A stretch of DNA of 40,281 nucleotides, taken from the NCBI GenBank assembly GCA_009602725.1, contig WELB01000024.1, positions 733,764-774,044 of the forward strand, written 5' to 3'. This DNA comes from Spirogloea muscicola (Eukaryota). The translations under genes were made by a program, and so were the position numbers. Shown piece by piece: positions 21,711 through 35,200 of the stretch; position 1 is the first letter of the stretch, and every line of letters starts with the position of its first letter. The notes below the pieces were generated by a model. The model had not been told where the DNA came from, did not search any database, and was given only the letters and a program-made list of their open reading frames with translations.

Positions 21711-22201
21711 GTCCGCTGGGGCGACTGTTCGCTGTAGGTAGCCAGCTCGTTGACCAATGCAGCGAGTAGGGATGGCCAGCGCCAGCTGCGGATCTCCAAG
21801 GAGAGGAAGGGAGGGAAGGGGGCCAAGGTGTTGCTGCAGACGTTCACGTAAGTCCTCCGCAACGTGGGATGGAGTGCCAAGGGGGTTCCCTCTCTGACTA
21901 TCGCGCAGAGTCGGCAGGCCCCCGCGTAACCGTCAGGGCGCCACATGGCGGGGGGGATCAGGATCTACACTGGAGCACCGCCGGATGCCGGCCCGCCTCC
22001 GACGGGATGCTCGCCACCCCCTCCTCACCACCTCGCGGCGCTGCCCCACCATCGACGCAATCCCGCCCCACCTCGGCGCACACTCTGCTCGGCGCCATTC
22101 TGCGAGCCCTCTTTGCCGTCTCCCGGATGCGACGGCGACGGTCGCTCCGCGGCAGCCGCCTGAGCCTCCCCATGCTGCGGTGCCGTGCGTGAAAGCCACA
22201 G

Positions 22202-24891
22202 GCACCCACGTTGGCACTGGGCACGGCCCTGCCGATGGCGCACGTCAAGCTGCTGACTGCAGTGGGCCTCCACGACTACGGGGTGCTCGAGAACGAGGAC
22301 TCTGTGCAGGAGGCTGCCGATGCGCTGACATGCCGGACGCCGGGGCCTGCAATCACGAGCATGGCCGAGGGGAGCCCTGCACCCCTTCTGGCTTCAGGTG
22401 GTTTTGTGCCACGCGCTGAAGACAGCAGCCCACCGGAAGCTGCACAAGTCGACAGCCACGATGAGTTCGCGACTCCTGAGGAGGACGAGGCAAGCATATC
22501 CAGTCTTCCACAAAGAATGTCAGGGATTCTGTCTAACATGACGTTTGGTGCCATGTATGCTAGACCTCCATGGCGGAATCCCGCCCTCAGCTTGAATTAC
22601 GTTACAGTCATGCTACTCTCAAACTCCTGCAGTTGAGGTCCATCAATCATCTTTGCTGCCACTTTGGGTGCGGAGCTTCAAGTCCACTGCATTAGTTGGG
22701 ACACGCTTATGCTGCTAGTGATGATTTAGCAGGGATGTGACCCTTCTGTTGACATGTCCTCTTGTCCTGCACAGTGGCTAGAGAGTAGCGAAGTTGAGGA
22801 TGGAACAACAGGCAGCAGGATCGGCGCAGAGACAATGGCACTTACTATTGATCCTTGCGTGCCTTCCAGCCAGATAGCAGCACCACATGCAACCCCTGAG
22901 AATGCTGCTGGCGCAAAGTCTGCTGCACCTGAGCAGGCAGACAAAGCTATCCTTAACTTCAAAGCAGAACCTCCACAAACGCAAGGAGCTGCAGACGCGG
23001 CCAGCAGTGCAGCAGTACCTGCGTGGGACCCTCAGAAGGCTGCTGGGGTTGGAGAGAAGATTGCACATATTCAGGAAGTGGGCCTGGTGACTGTGTCTGC
23101 TGTCAACGGTGCTGAGATGAAGGATGGTGGCTCTGCTCCATGTGCTGATGTGAGAGTGTCCAAGACGGAGCTCGGCAACAGCGCCTGGTGGGCGTGGAAG
23201 AGTCCTCTGGAAGTGGGCAGCGAACTTCTGAACCAATTGGACCTGACCGTAGGTCCCACAATGGCACATGTCTCTCAGGGCTTGACCAGATTGGGCAAAG
23301 GTGATGCAAATGCAGGGGCCAACCGGGAAGGCACCTGGTCGCCACCAGATGTGTTCTTTTCACTCACGAAGAACCTGGAACGACTTCAAGTATCTCCTCT
23401 CTGGGATGGCGAAGCAGCATATGAGTCATTGGAAACAAAGCCATCCACGAAGGTAAGGAGAACCAAGCTGCATAAGCCACCATCTAGTGACATTGCGATC
23501 ATGGGGAGCCCATTGCCAGTGGACGAGCTGGAAGACCTTGGGCTGATCCTGAGCGAGCCCTCCCCAAACGAGTACTCTGGGGCTGAGAATGGCGAGGAAA
23601 GCCTCCCTGCACCACCTTCTCCTCCCACTGAGATGCTGCCCTTTGTGAAGGAGCTAATGGCGCCATTGGCAAGCTCTGCACTACTGGTAGACTTGAAGTC
23701 ATCTGCATCGGCTGCAGTTCCAGAGGGGACCCAGGGGCTGACTTTATCTGTGTCTCCTGCCTGGATTGGATCAAGTCTCATTGCCAGCTCAGTAGTTGGG
23801 GCTACTGTTGGTGGACTGGTGGGTGGCCCTGTGGGCTTTGTGGCAGGTATACTGGAAATTTCAAGGGAGAGTCGTTGCCATTGCCATCACCAGTGTTGTA
23901 TTCGAATTGCCTGGTGATGCTGACATGTTCTATTATCTATGGCTTGGACAACATATGATCTTTGTTACATTGGCATACCCGGGTCATTAGCATTGACATC
24001 CTATTGGTTGCAATAATACCGTTGACTTCGTGCTCGGTTGCAGGGCTGGGGCTGAAATCGGCGGCAGCTGTGGCTGCCTTAGCTGGTGCAAGCTTAGGGA
24101 CTACAGTATACCACCACCTTGTGGTGCCTGTAAGCAACCTGGTCTCAGAGCATGAGATCATTCTGCTATTTGTATGACTCGGCTTGTACGTCTGGTGTAT
24201 ATCGGCCACAGGCAGTTAAAACGAGCAGCTTGCAGGGACATGGCAAGCTCGCACCTTCCTGTCTTCGCTTTTGAGTGGTTGCTGATGACCCCAAACCTCC
24301 CCTACTTTGTCGCAGGCTGCACCGGCTGCTGCTGCTAAGCATAACATGGAACATTCACCTCCTGAGAGCATGGAGGTGCCCTCGTCCTTGGGCTCGGGAA
24401 CAGATCCAATCTTGGTCAAGATGCAGCCCACCCTGCTTAAGAGTGTGGAGGCTTCTCCCAAGCAGCCACCAGCAACTGGAAAAGGTACCATCAAGGCCAA
24501 GATGGTGTTTCCACCCACTCTTGGCTCCTCCGTAAGGCCGACTTCACCGCGGCTTCTCACCAGCTTTGACCCCCCTGGTCCGACTGCAAGGGAGCCTCTC
24601 CCTCTGAACCTTCATTTCATGATGCATTGAGATAATCCACTGAATGTGGACTGCAGTCTGTATATATTGTGGAAAAACCCAAGCTTCCTCCTATTGCTGT
24701 CACAGACCCGTAGTTTTACGGCGGCAGGTACGCTCCTTGACAAAAGTTGCAAGACTTGGACAACAGCAAAAGCTATGGTCTCTACATCCATATTCATGTA
24801 CAATCGAATAGAGTTGTCCATTACGACCATTACTATGACAATGCTGCACAACGATGTCTTTGATATTGAGCTCGCTAAGGACAGTGGATAA
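22202..24891 (+). CDS. Uncharacterised, mostly low-complexity protein with a glycine-zipper double hydrophobic segment; ~5 exons
   Basis: Phase-compatible exons 22202-22489 (GC donor), 22733-23846, 24043-24129, 24317-24531, 24707-24891. Start may be ATG 22235 or an upstream exon. No family recognised. Confidence 0.6.
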
Positions 24892-24955
24892 GCCAGGCTC
24901 TCTGCAAGCAGACGCACTCTGTCCTTTTCAACCAAGAACTACATCAATGTGGATC

Positions 24956-25005
24956 CATCAATGTTCCTGCAAAACTTGCTCATCAATGTTCCTGCAAAAC
25001 TTGCT
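24956..25005. repeat. 25-bp tandem duplication
   Basis: CATCAATGTTCCTGCAAAACTTGCT twice. Confidence 0.95.
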
Positions 25006-25177
25006 CACAACCAGCAACTACAGAAACAGCATAGCATGCCTACAAAGGATCTTTATCAGTCCGTCTGACTTGTGCCTGGACAATTTGGCTTGCTGTAGCT
25101 CTCCATATCCAATTTCAAGCTACTGCCAAGAATGTAAATCTACGTTTAAGCTACTCGCATGCTTGTACAAGTTCTTG

Positions 25178-26335
25178 TTACTGCTCAAGGAGGAAAGCTC
25201 GTATCCTTCCTAGAAGCTCTGCTTTCACTTCGTCAGGGACCATTGCTGGTGCAGCCAAATGAGGACGTGCTCATGTGAGTCTCTAACAGTTGCTCAATCA
25301 TTTGCATTTTCTAGTGTGTTTAGTTGACCAATCAACATCTGGGTCAGAGTGATGTCTGTTATATAAACTTGAAAGGATGCATGGTTGTGTGATGTCATGT
25401 TGCATGTTGCACTTTGCGGTAGCTATATCACTCCCCTTTAATAACAGATGAATTAGCTACATCTGGACGGACCTGAGGCGATGAGAGGCTGAGGGCTAGG
25501 CATGCAGACCTCGCCCCTTTGGAGTGATAGTCTGGACAAGGTCATCCATCGTGACATTAAGCCGTCCTTTTGTTCTTGTGTAAGCCCTGCACACTAGTAT
25601 CCAAAAGTCAGTCTCGATCAAGGATGGGGTCTGAGAAATCCTGCACAAGGAGCACTCACGCGGCCGTCCCTGGACAAACCGTGTGACGAGGACATGTGTA
25701 AGATACATTTAGCATCCTTCTTAACGACCTGCAGTGCGCCTTGAGCTCGTCGCGCCAGCCGCACTCGATCAGCCGCTCTCTAAGCAGCTCCTTGAGGCGC
25801 TCCTTCTCGCCAGACTCAATGAGCTGGGCGCGTGTAATCCGCGGAACGCATCAGCTCGGTGCACAGAGCGTATGCAAACGGTTGTGTGCTGGCGAGCCAG
25901 CACCAGAGTGCGTCGCACGAAATGCGACGCCGTTCTGTGCATGAGACTGGGTGCGATGTGCAACAAGTTACTAGCCGTCACGAGGGCCTGCAGCTGCCAC
26001 GCGGCGACCCCCAAAGAAGGTGGCCGCGCGAGGTGTTGTGATGAAGGATTCGTTGTGGAAGCCCGCTGCACCTTGATGTTGATGGCCTCCTGCAGCGTCG
26101 GCTTGGAGGCGGCAGCGACGTGCTCGTCCTCAACCTCCGGCGTCGGCGGCCGATTGATGGACGAGGGTTTCCTGCAGAGGCCGCGGCCGGGCGCGGCCGT
26201 GAGCTGCTGGAGCGCGAGAGGGGCCCCGCGAAGGGCGGTGCTGGGAGCTCGTCGCGGGCCGCGGTTCTAGCGGCGGCGCGCGACGGCGACTGCGGCGGCC
26301 GCGGCGGCTCGCGCTGGGTGTGCTCACGCTGCCAT
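25178..26335 (-). CDS. ENY2: Transcription and mRNA export factor ENY2/Sus1; 5 coding exons
   Basis: Exons 26335-26328, 26171-26072, 25823-25729, ~25586-25512, ~25248-25178 give [103 protein letters not shown]. Not shown as a single ORF in the ORF track. Confidence 0.93.
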
Positions 26336-26626
26336 GGACGCCTGGGAGGGCGCCGCCGCCGCCGCCTGCCGCCGCCGGCGGCAGGTCCCGAGGCGCACCG
26401 GCGCGGCCTGGCAACCCGGGAGCTCCGCCTGCGACGGCTGAATAGGCCTCCGCCCAGTGGGCCGAGACGAGCGTTAACAGGCCACGCTCTCGTCTCACCT
26501 GCGTCGGTGCCGTCCCCTCGCCGCGGCTGCCGCCGCCGCCGCCGNCACAGCGGAGGCGCCGGCCGCGGCGGCGGCGGCTGCTGCGACGCGCCGGCAACCC
26601 CGTGGCAGGCTTCGCAGGTCAGGGCC

Positions 26627-29600
26627 ATGGACAAGGCCAGGGAGCGGACGAGCGACAAGGGCGGGAAGCACGACAAGGTGCGCATCCGCATGAAGGACGC
26701 GGCGGAGGAGGCCGGGCGCGACGGCAAGCGCAAGCGGGAGCCCCTCGGCGATGGCGATGACCTGCGGGACGACAAGGAGCGGCCCGAGAGCAGGAGCAGG
26801 GAGGAGCGGGAGCCCGAGCCAGAGCGGGAGCGTGCGCCGGGAGGGCGCGAGCGCGAGCGCGGCGGCCGCGACCGGGACAGGGAGGAGCGGGAGCGGCGGG
26901 AGCGCGACCAGAAGCGGGAGCGCGAGAAGGAGAAGGAGCGGGAGCGGGAGCGGGAGCGGGCGCGCGAGGAGAAGGAGCGCGAGCGGCAGCGCCGCAAGGA
27001 CAAGGAGCGCAAGCAGCGCGAGCGGGAGCGCGCCGGCAAGCGCGTCAAGGGCAGCGAGGCGGAAGATGGCGACGACGAGGAGGCTGAGCGGGAGAGGAAG
27101 CGGCATCGCAAGGAGGACGGCAGTGGGGACCGGGATAAGGAGCGCACCGGCAGGGAGCGGGACAAGGACAGGGAGAAGGCCCCGAGGAAGACCGTCGAGG
27201 AGCTGGCTGCCGAGGAGCAGCAGAAGCTCGGGGACGAGATGGAGAAGCGGCGGCGCAAGGTGCGGGAGTGGCAGGAGGCTAAGCGGAGGAAGGAGGCGGA
27301 GGAGGCTGCGCAGGCGGCCGGCACCTCCGGGGCGCAGGCGAGCTTGGCGGTCGACGGGGAGGACGAGGGAGCCACTGCGAAAAAGTGGACGCTGGACGAG
27401 GAGGAATCGGACGAGGAGGACGAGGCCAAGGCCAGCGACGCCGACAAGGATCGCCCGCTCGAGGCCAACGGCAGCCTCCATGAGAAGGCGCCCAGCGCCG
27501 CTACGGTCAAGGAGGAGGCCGATGCGACGCCCATGGAGGAGGACGACCTCGACCCCCTGGATGCGTTCATGAACAGCATGGTGCTCCCGCAGGTCAAGGA
27601 CCTCGAGGAGGCGGCAGCAAGTGATGCTGCCAGTGAGCGAGGGCCGGGAGATGCGAAGGCTACGGTGGGGACGGGCCCGCCAATGAGGAAGCCCAAGGAG
27701 GACAGCCCGGAGCGGGCGCTGCCGCTGCCGGCCAAGGGGAAGCGCGGCCCCAAGGCCCACCTGGTCAATGGCAAGCCGGGCGGGTTTGTCATGCACATGA
27801 AGGGCGGCCCCAAGGCCGGGCTGCCACGCCGGACTCCTGTGGCGAAGCTGGCTCCGGTGGGGCGCATCATGCCGGGGGAGGACTCCGAGTCGGACAGGGA
27901 GCACGGAGGCGACGGGCAGGAGGAGGATGGGGATGCTGAAGACGTGGCCCCTGAGAAGGAGGAGGAGGACAGCGAGTTTCTCAAGCGCGTGGCAGGCAGG
28001 ACCAAGGCGGACAAGCTGCCGGCGGTCGACCACTCCAAGATCAAGTACGAGCCCTTCCGGAAGAACTTTTACATTGAGGTGAAGGAGATGACACGTTGGC
28101 CGCAAGAGGAGGTGGATGCGCACCGCAAAGGCCTGGAGCTCAAGATTCACGGCAAGGACGTGCCCAAGCCGATCAAGACCTGGCCGCAGACAGGCCTCTC
28201 GAGCAAGATACTTGATGTCCTCAAGAAGGCCGGCTTTGAGAAACCCATGTCAATTCAGGTTCGCAGTACTTCTTCCTCAGCTTAAATCTGTCCAACGAGC
28301 TGTGTCAGGTACTCTAAATCTCACTTACTGCACATGCTCTGATGACGCTTGACATGAACACGAGTTATCAGGCCTGCCGTTGATAATGAGCTGCAAATGG
28401 TGAGTCCGCGGAGCCAAGCAGCATTGCAAGTCTCAGCTGGCTTGCTCCTTGTCCAGGCGCAGGCCATTCCGGTCATCATGAGCGGCAGAGACTGCATTGG
28501 CATCGCAAAGACGGGGTCTGGCAAGACTCTCGCTTTCGTTCTACCTATGCTGCGGCACATTATGGATCAGCCGACAATCATCCAAGGGGATGGGCCGGTC
28601 GCAATGATCATGGCTCCCACCAGAGAGCTTGTCCAGCAAATTTACAATGACGTCAAGAAGTTTGCCAAGCATCTCAACCTTGCTTGCGTGCCTGTTTACG
28701 GAGGTTCCGGGGTGGCACAGCAGATCAGCGACCTCAAGAGGGGCGCGGAGATTGTGGTCTGCACGCCAGGACGCATGATTGACATCCTCTGCACTTCCAA
28801 TGGCAAGATTACCAATCTGCGGAGGGTCACGTACCTGGTCATGGACGAAGCCGATCGGATGTTTGACCTGGGGTTTGAGCCCCAGATTACTCGCGTCGTG
28901 CAGAACACACGCCCTGATAGGAAAACGGTCCTGTTTTCGGCAACATTCCCCCGCCAAGTGGAGATCCTGGCACGCAAGGTCCTCAACAAGCCAGTTGAGA
29001 TACAGGTGAGCTGATTGATTACATAGCTCCAGCGAATCTTCTCATCCGACCATCACTGTGTTGTTGTGCAAGAGTGTAACCCTTGTTTTAGTCTTGTATT
29101 AGTCTTGTTTTTGGTGCACTTTGAACTTTGGGAGGTATATACTGTACGGGTTTCCTGCACAAGTAGCAGAAGATGGATCGATAACCGCTTGCCTGGAGAA
29201 GTACTGATGTTACTATGACGTGGCCTGCTGATAGATTGGCGGCAGGAGTGTTGCAAACAAGGACATTGTGCAGACGGTGGAGATTCGGCCTTCCGACGGA
29301 GATGCCCGATTCCTCCGCTTGCTTGAGCTCCTCGGGGAGTGGTACGAGAAGGGCAAGATCCTGGCCTTTGTGCAGTCTCAGGACAAGTGCGACAGCCTAT
29401 TTCGCGACCTGCTCAAGGCAGGCTACCCCTGCCTCTCGCTGCATGGTGCCAAGGATCAGACCGACCGAGAGTCCACCATTTCCGACTTCAAGGCGAATGT
29501 TTGCAATCTGCTCATAGCGACAAGGTATGATATTTCCCTTTCACTTTGCCAATCCGCCTCTCTCGACAATGACAATGAGCTGGGCTACTTCTAGTAAGTA

Positions 29601-31374
29601 AGTAGGAACTGTGCTCACGGACCTTGGTTTTGTTTGATGATCTGCATGCCGCATCGGCACCTGCTGGGGGTCACCTGTTAGTGCTCTTGATTAGGGTCTC
29701 GGTTACTTTGGCAGGCTGCTGTTGTTGGGGATGGTTGCATGGCCCGCTAATTTGCGGAAAGGTAACAATAGCACAACCTCAACAGAAGGGGTTGTCGCTG
29801 CTCATCAGCCTGGTGTGCTTACAAATATTTGCAAGTGGCAAGCACCATCAGGCTTGCCAGTCTCATGATTGCCAGCCCTCTGCCAGACTCAGCATTGGTA
29901 TGTCCATGTATCTTTCTGTGCAGCATTGCTGCTCGGGGGCTGGATGTTAAGGAGCTGGAGTTGGTTGTGAACTATGACGTGCCAAATCACTATGAAGACT
30001 ATGTCCACAGAGTGGGGAGAACCGGCAGAGCCGGCAAGAAGGGTGTGGCTGTAACGTTCATTGGGCCGGATGAGGACAAATTTGCACCAGACCTGCTCCG
30101 CGCTTTGGAGCTATCGGGGCAGGTGACATTAGCATTTGATCACAAGCCAAAATTGGGTCTTATAGCTTCTCGTTCAGCATTGAGCTGATTGAAGCTTGTG
30201 GTTGGCTTGCTTCATGGTTTGCTTTGATCACCACAGCACATCATCTTGGTTGAGTTGTAGATGATTGTTGCTGCAGCCAATTCCGGAGGACTTAAAGGCG
30301 ATGGCGGATGCCTTCATGGAGAAGGTGAAAGGTGGAACGGAGCAGATGCACAGCAGCGGCTATGGCGGCAGCGGCTTCAAATTCAATGAGGAGGAGGAGG
30401 ATGCTCGTAAGGCCCAGAAGAAGGCTCAGGTACCTTGCCCATCTTGCCAGCTATGAGCCATCTTCGCGGCTGATGTTGAGATGTCATGTCTGCAGAGGTG
30501 AAATACTCACTACATGTACATCACAGTTGACCTGAGACACCCTCGTGTACCTGACCTGGCTGCTGCGCAGGCCAAGGAGTATGGTTATGAGGAGGAAGAG
30601 GATAAGTCTGACGAGGAGTCTGACAACGAGGGCATCCGCAAGGTGGCGGGCACTGGGGAGTATGCGGTTGCCAACGCCGAGGCCCAGGTGGCGGCTCTCA
30701 CAGCGGCCGCCAAGGCTGCCGTGCTGGCCAATGCCCAGAACCAGCCTGCCGGAAGCGGTGTATCGCCGTTACAGCTGTCCAACTTTGCCGCGACCGCCGC
30801 CTCGGTCAACCCCCAGCTGCAGGCGGCACTTCAGATGGCACAGCTGGCACATACATCGGCACCAGCAGGCTCGCCCGTGGGCATACTTGGCCAGGTCCCT
30901 GGCCTCAGCCAGGCGCCGGCAGGCACAGCCTGGCCAATGGCCCCTATGGGGCTGCCGGCCGGTTCGCCAGCCGTCAATCCGGCGGAGGGTGCAGCACGGG
31001 CAGCGGCACTCGCGGCGGCGCTGTCTCTGAAGCACAACCTATCCAAGTTTGCACAGGAAAGCGTGCCAGAACACTACGAGGCAGAGCTGGAGATCAACGA
31101 CTTCCCGCAGCATGCTCGGTGGAAGGTCACGCACAAGGACGCGCTGGGCCAGATCTCAGACTGGACTGGTGCCGCCATTACTACTAGGGGCGTGTATGTC
31201 CCGCAGGGCAAGCAGCCTGCGCCGGGCGAGAAGCGCCTCTACCTGTTCATTGAAGGGCCGACCGAGGCATCTGTGAAGAAAGCAAAGGTTGAGGTGAAAC
31301 GCCTCTTGGAGGAGACAAGCTCGGTCGGTTATGGCCCTGCCCCCAGTGCACCCGGAAAGTATTCGGTGCTGTAA
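26627..31374 (+). CDS. DDX46: DEAD-box RNA helicase DDX46/Prp5 (plant RH42-like); 6 exons
   Basis: Exons 26627-28258, 28457-29005, 29273-29524, 29924-30122, 30277-30429, 30571-31374. RE/RD-rich N-terminus, [43 protein letters not shown] and the C-terminal KH-like [23 protein letters not shown] domain. Confidence 0.96.
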
Positions 31375-32212
31375 GCAGGCCCTTAAGTTACATTGTAAGG
31401 CAGCCATGACATTACTGCCAGATCTCAAATTTAAGTGGTCCTTCTAAAGAGTCGCTTAGTACTTGTCCTGCTCGTAACTGTGTCTGAGGGGCCTGGGCTG
31501 TGCATATTGATGTTGTCATTTTCCGAGCTGAGCTCCTTCATTCTATGTGCATGGCAGGTGCATGCTCGTTCAGATCGTTATCTGTGCTCTTGCATGTCAT
31601 ATCTTGTATTTGAGATAATTCCTGCTCCAGCTTTGCTCAAGCCCACGCTCTTGCTATGCAACAAAAAGCAGCAGCCATTGAGAGCCACCTCTTGTAAAGT
31701 CTTTTCACGAAGTCAGTTATGCCCAAATTCTGGAATGCCTCTCTGTAGCGAGTGGATACAGCCCCGCACGTGGGAAGGCTATATGATAAATGCAATGGGC
31801 AGTGACCTCAGTGGGCTTCACCAACTAGGGTCCTGGGCGCAAGATCATGTATGCTTTGCATGCGCATGTAATGTCTTGCGACCAGACCTCATTTGGTTCG
31901 GCAATTGCTCACTGGCAATAGGGAACACGGCGTCATCGTGTTTCATATGCCGTTACACAGTGCTTTACTTGTGGTACTCACTGAGCACCAACACGGGCAA
32001 ACACGAGACTATCTGCTTCTTAGCAACAGGACAAGGACCAGAGCTGCAGGCAAGAGCGGACTTGCACAGGCTAGTTGATGTCTCTGTAGTTGACAAGTAC
32101 TGATTACACGTCGCTCGTGCTTGAGCTACTGAATCTGTCTTTGCTGGTAAAGAGCACGTCTCTTCACAGCAGGTTCACTGAAAGAGCAGGTCTAGCAACA
32201 CCTATCTTTGTG

Positions 32213-35200
32213 CTAGGCGCACAGTTTCGCAAATGGTAAAAGAGTTCCACTGGTTTGTGCAAGCGTTTGGTAGGCATTCTGCAACTGTACTGTGATTGGC
32301 CCTACAGAACCATCACCTAAGCTGGCCACAGCAAGCAGCACAGGCATATTCAAGTCAATCACCGAAATAGAACTTGCAGGGATAGAAGAGGACACAGTGG
32401 TAGAGTGTGCCAACAAAGTACTATATTCAATGCTAAGGAGAAGATCGGCATGTGAGATACTGCAGATGAAGTGTATACATAAAGGACAAAAAAGGCTTAC
32501 AAGCTCACAATACCAGCATCTATTAGGAATCACTGTCACGTATTTGGGATCTAGATGCTGATGTATATCCAATTGTGTCATAAAGTCTGAAAGAATGTAA
32601 AGATGATGACTGTACAAAAGTCAACGGGGTGGGGGATGGACCTGCGGTTGTCAAGCTCAATCACAGGGCTCAGTTCCCCCATGGTACCTGTTGTGAAGAC
32701 CTCATCAGCACAATGGAACTCTGATAAGCTGCACAGAGTACAAGAAAATGCTCTGTAAGTTATGAGAAGCTTCTCACATTCTGCCTCACATAATCTGCCA
32801 TTTGAGCAACCAGGAGAATGTGCTGAGGGCCAGTGTCACTAACAAATAATCCTGCATGATTCTTTGAAGCCTTTATAATTAAGGAGCTGGAGGTGCATTT
32901 AGAGGACAAGTGCACTGCTGTTTTGGTCAATTATAAGAAAGAAAAGGACAAGTCTCTTGCAAGGCACTCGAGAGCACACTACCTGATCCTTCTTTCCTTC
33001 ACGTCTAGTCCCATCTGCAGTGCAATATCAATGACCGTTTGACGTGTGATGCCAGGTAAACAGTAGTCTGGTTGAGGCGTATACAGCTTCCCTCTCTGTT
33101 GCAGTAACCAAATGAGGTTTAGAGCAAAGAGAAGATGTGCACAACTTTGACTAGCCAGACAGACTCAAAGGGCTGAAAATGACAGTGACTAGCGCATGTC
33201 ATCGTCAGTAGCTTACTCATAACCTGCCTACAAGTTCTTGCATCTAGAATAACAGATTAGTTGATGTGGCTGTATGTACCGGGCCAATCAGGCTTGTAAG
33301 GACAGCCCAATATGTCACATGACAGAGTGCAAGTACAGAGCTGCAATAGTGAAGACGTGTCATGGTTTCAAGAGCACCTTAATGGGTCCTCACCTTCACC
33401 ATAAAAACATTTGTTGCATTTGTCTCTGACACAAAGCCGTCGATGTCCAGCATCAGAGCATCATCTGCTCCTGCATTGTTGCCCTCCACTTTAGCTAAGA
33501 TATTATTGATGAGGTTATTGTGATGAATCTTTGAGTCAACGCACTGCCAACAGAAGGCAGCCATGAGTAAGTCCAATCCATTTGCATATAGCTTCTACGG
33601 CTCCTCTTTGAGTACAAATCACAAGTACGTGCCCCTCAGCGTCTGCCCTCACATCCACCTACAAGTCCTAAAAAAAATCACCTCTGGTCTGTCGTGTGAA
33701 GCAATGTATTTCCCTCCAGTAACAGCAGCAAGCAATCTTGTCGTAGTGGTGACTCTACGATAGTGTTAACCTGGACAAATTAGCCCGACTGAATGAGCAG
33801 AATTCAGAATTGTCGATCAACCTGGGGAGGATTTCTTCTTGTGGATGCAGTTGTCAGCTTAATACCAGCTGAGTTGTTGTACACCGGAGGCTTCCACTCG
33901 GCTAGCACAATCAGACAGTGGCCATATCTGTTGAATTCTGGGCTCATTCCAGACGTGACCTTCTTGCCCCTTGTCAGCGTTAGCCGAACATGAGCTCCAT
34001 CCTCCATGCCGTTTGCTGTTCCATTGAGCCAAGACTGCCAGTAAGAATCTGACAATAGCATACTCAGTTGGCATACATTGTGCAACTCAGGCTGCGTACT
34101 CTTGTTTCATCAATATTTGGCCTTTGATGATCTTGAGCATCGCTATCTAGACTCTAGATGCTCATCCTCCTCCGACATGGGAGAGCAGTGTCTTGCCACT
34201 GTTACTTACATCGATTTCCAGCAAAAAGACGAGCAATCAGCAATGACATTGCTCGTATCCAAGTAGTGACGTGCACGCTAGCAAGCACTCACCTGCAAGA
34301 GTGGAAAACAGAGCAGTCTTAATGTCCTCCCTAGTTGGCATTGACACAAATGCCAGGGCCTTTGCCGAGTCAAGCATGCGATTGATGTGCTCCTCAAGTT
34401 TCATTACCCGTCCTTTATATATTCTTAGACCTTCCCAACAACCATCTCCTCCTTGCACTATTGAGTCCAACACAGAGACTCGTGCATATTCTCGGGTTGT
34501 GAGATGATCTCCCACCCAAACGAGAAGCTTTTCATTTCTTGGCACCGGCAGTTGAGGAGGTAATCTACGAAGTTGGTGCTCAGGTTCTGAGTTGATCACT
34601 GGAGCTGGCTGTGAATTTCAGTCAATGACAACATATTAGCACCAGAGCTCAGATCTGCAAAAAGCCCATCAAATCCACTGAGTTTAATTAGCAGCCTTTG
34701 AATCGACTGAGGTCACTGAGAGTATCTCCAGGAGTAGCAGCTCAGTGCAGCTCAATCGGTCCAGTAAGCAGCTAACGCAGGGGGACTGACAGATGTAGAC
34801 ATTCTTGACTTGTAAAGATCTCAAGTCCAGCTGTTGGCACAAAAAGCCCACCCCTATTATACATGCCAGCCTACGCTCTCAACGAGCATGCAGCTTTGCC
34901 ATCTCCATCAGCACAATGAGCTGGCTTTGTATCATCACTTGAAGACCAGCACCTGCAACGCATGCCTTCGCAGGATCTCGTAAAAAGGTTGAGCCTCTTC
35001 AAGTACGTTGTACAGTTCAATTGGAAAGGGCTGCATAAAATTCAAGAACATATCAGCTGCCGATCTTGGAGTCATTTCCATCTACAGACCTGCTCGTGCA
35101 GCCTCACCGAGCTTATTACAGAGCACCTGATTCACAACTCTAGTCATTGGTAGCAATACCTCCATCATTGACTTATTGTCTATGTGCTGGCAATCTCCGT

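Noticed and set aside
26120..26626. N-terminal extension of the 721-aa ORF
   Set aside because: Overlaps ENY2 exons and the shared GC-rich promoter; DDX46-like sequence starts at ATG 26627.
25978..28150. Long minus-strand ORFs (688 and 551 aa)
   Set aside because: Antisense shadows of the GC-rich DDX46 first exon; low-complexity translations with no domain.
31435..32103. 222-aa ORF after DDX46
   Set aside because: Non-ATG start, no motifs, lies in the convergent 3'-UTR region.
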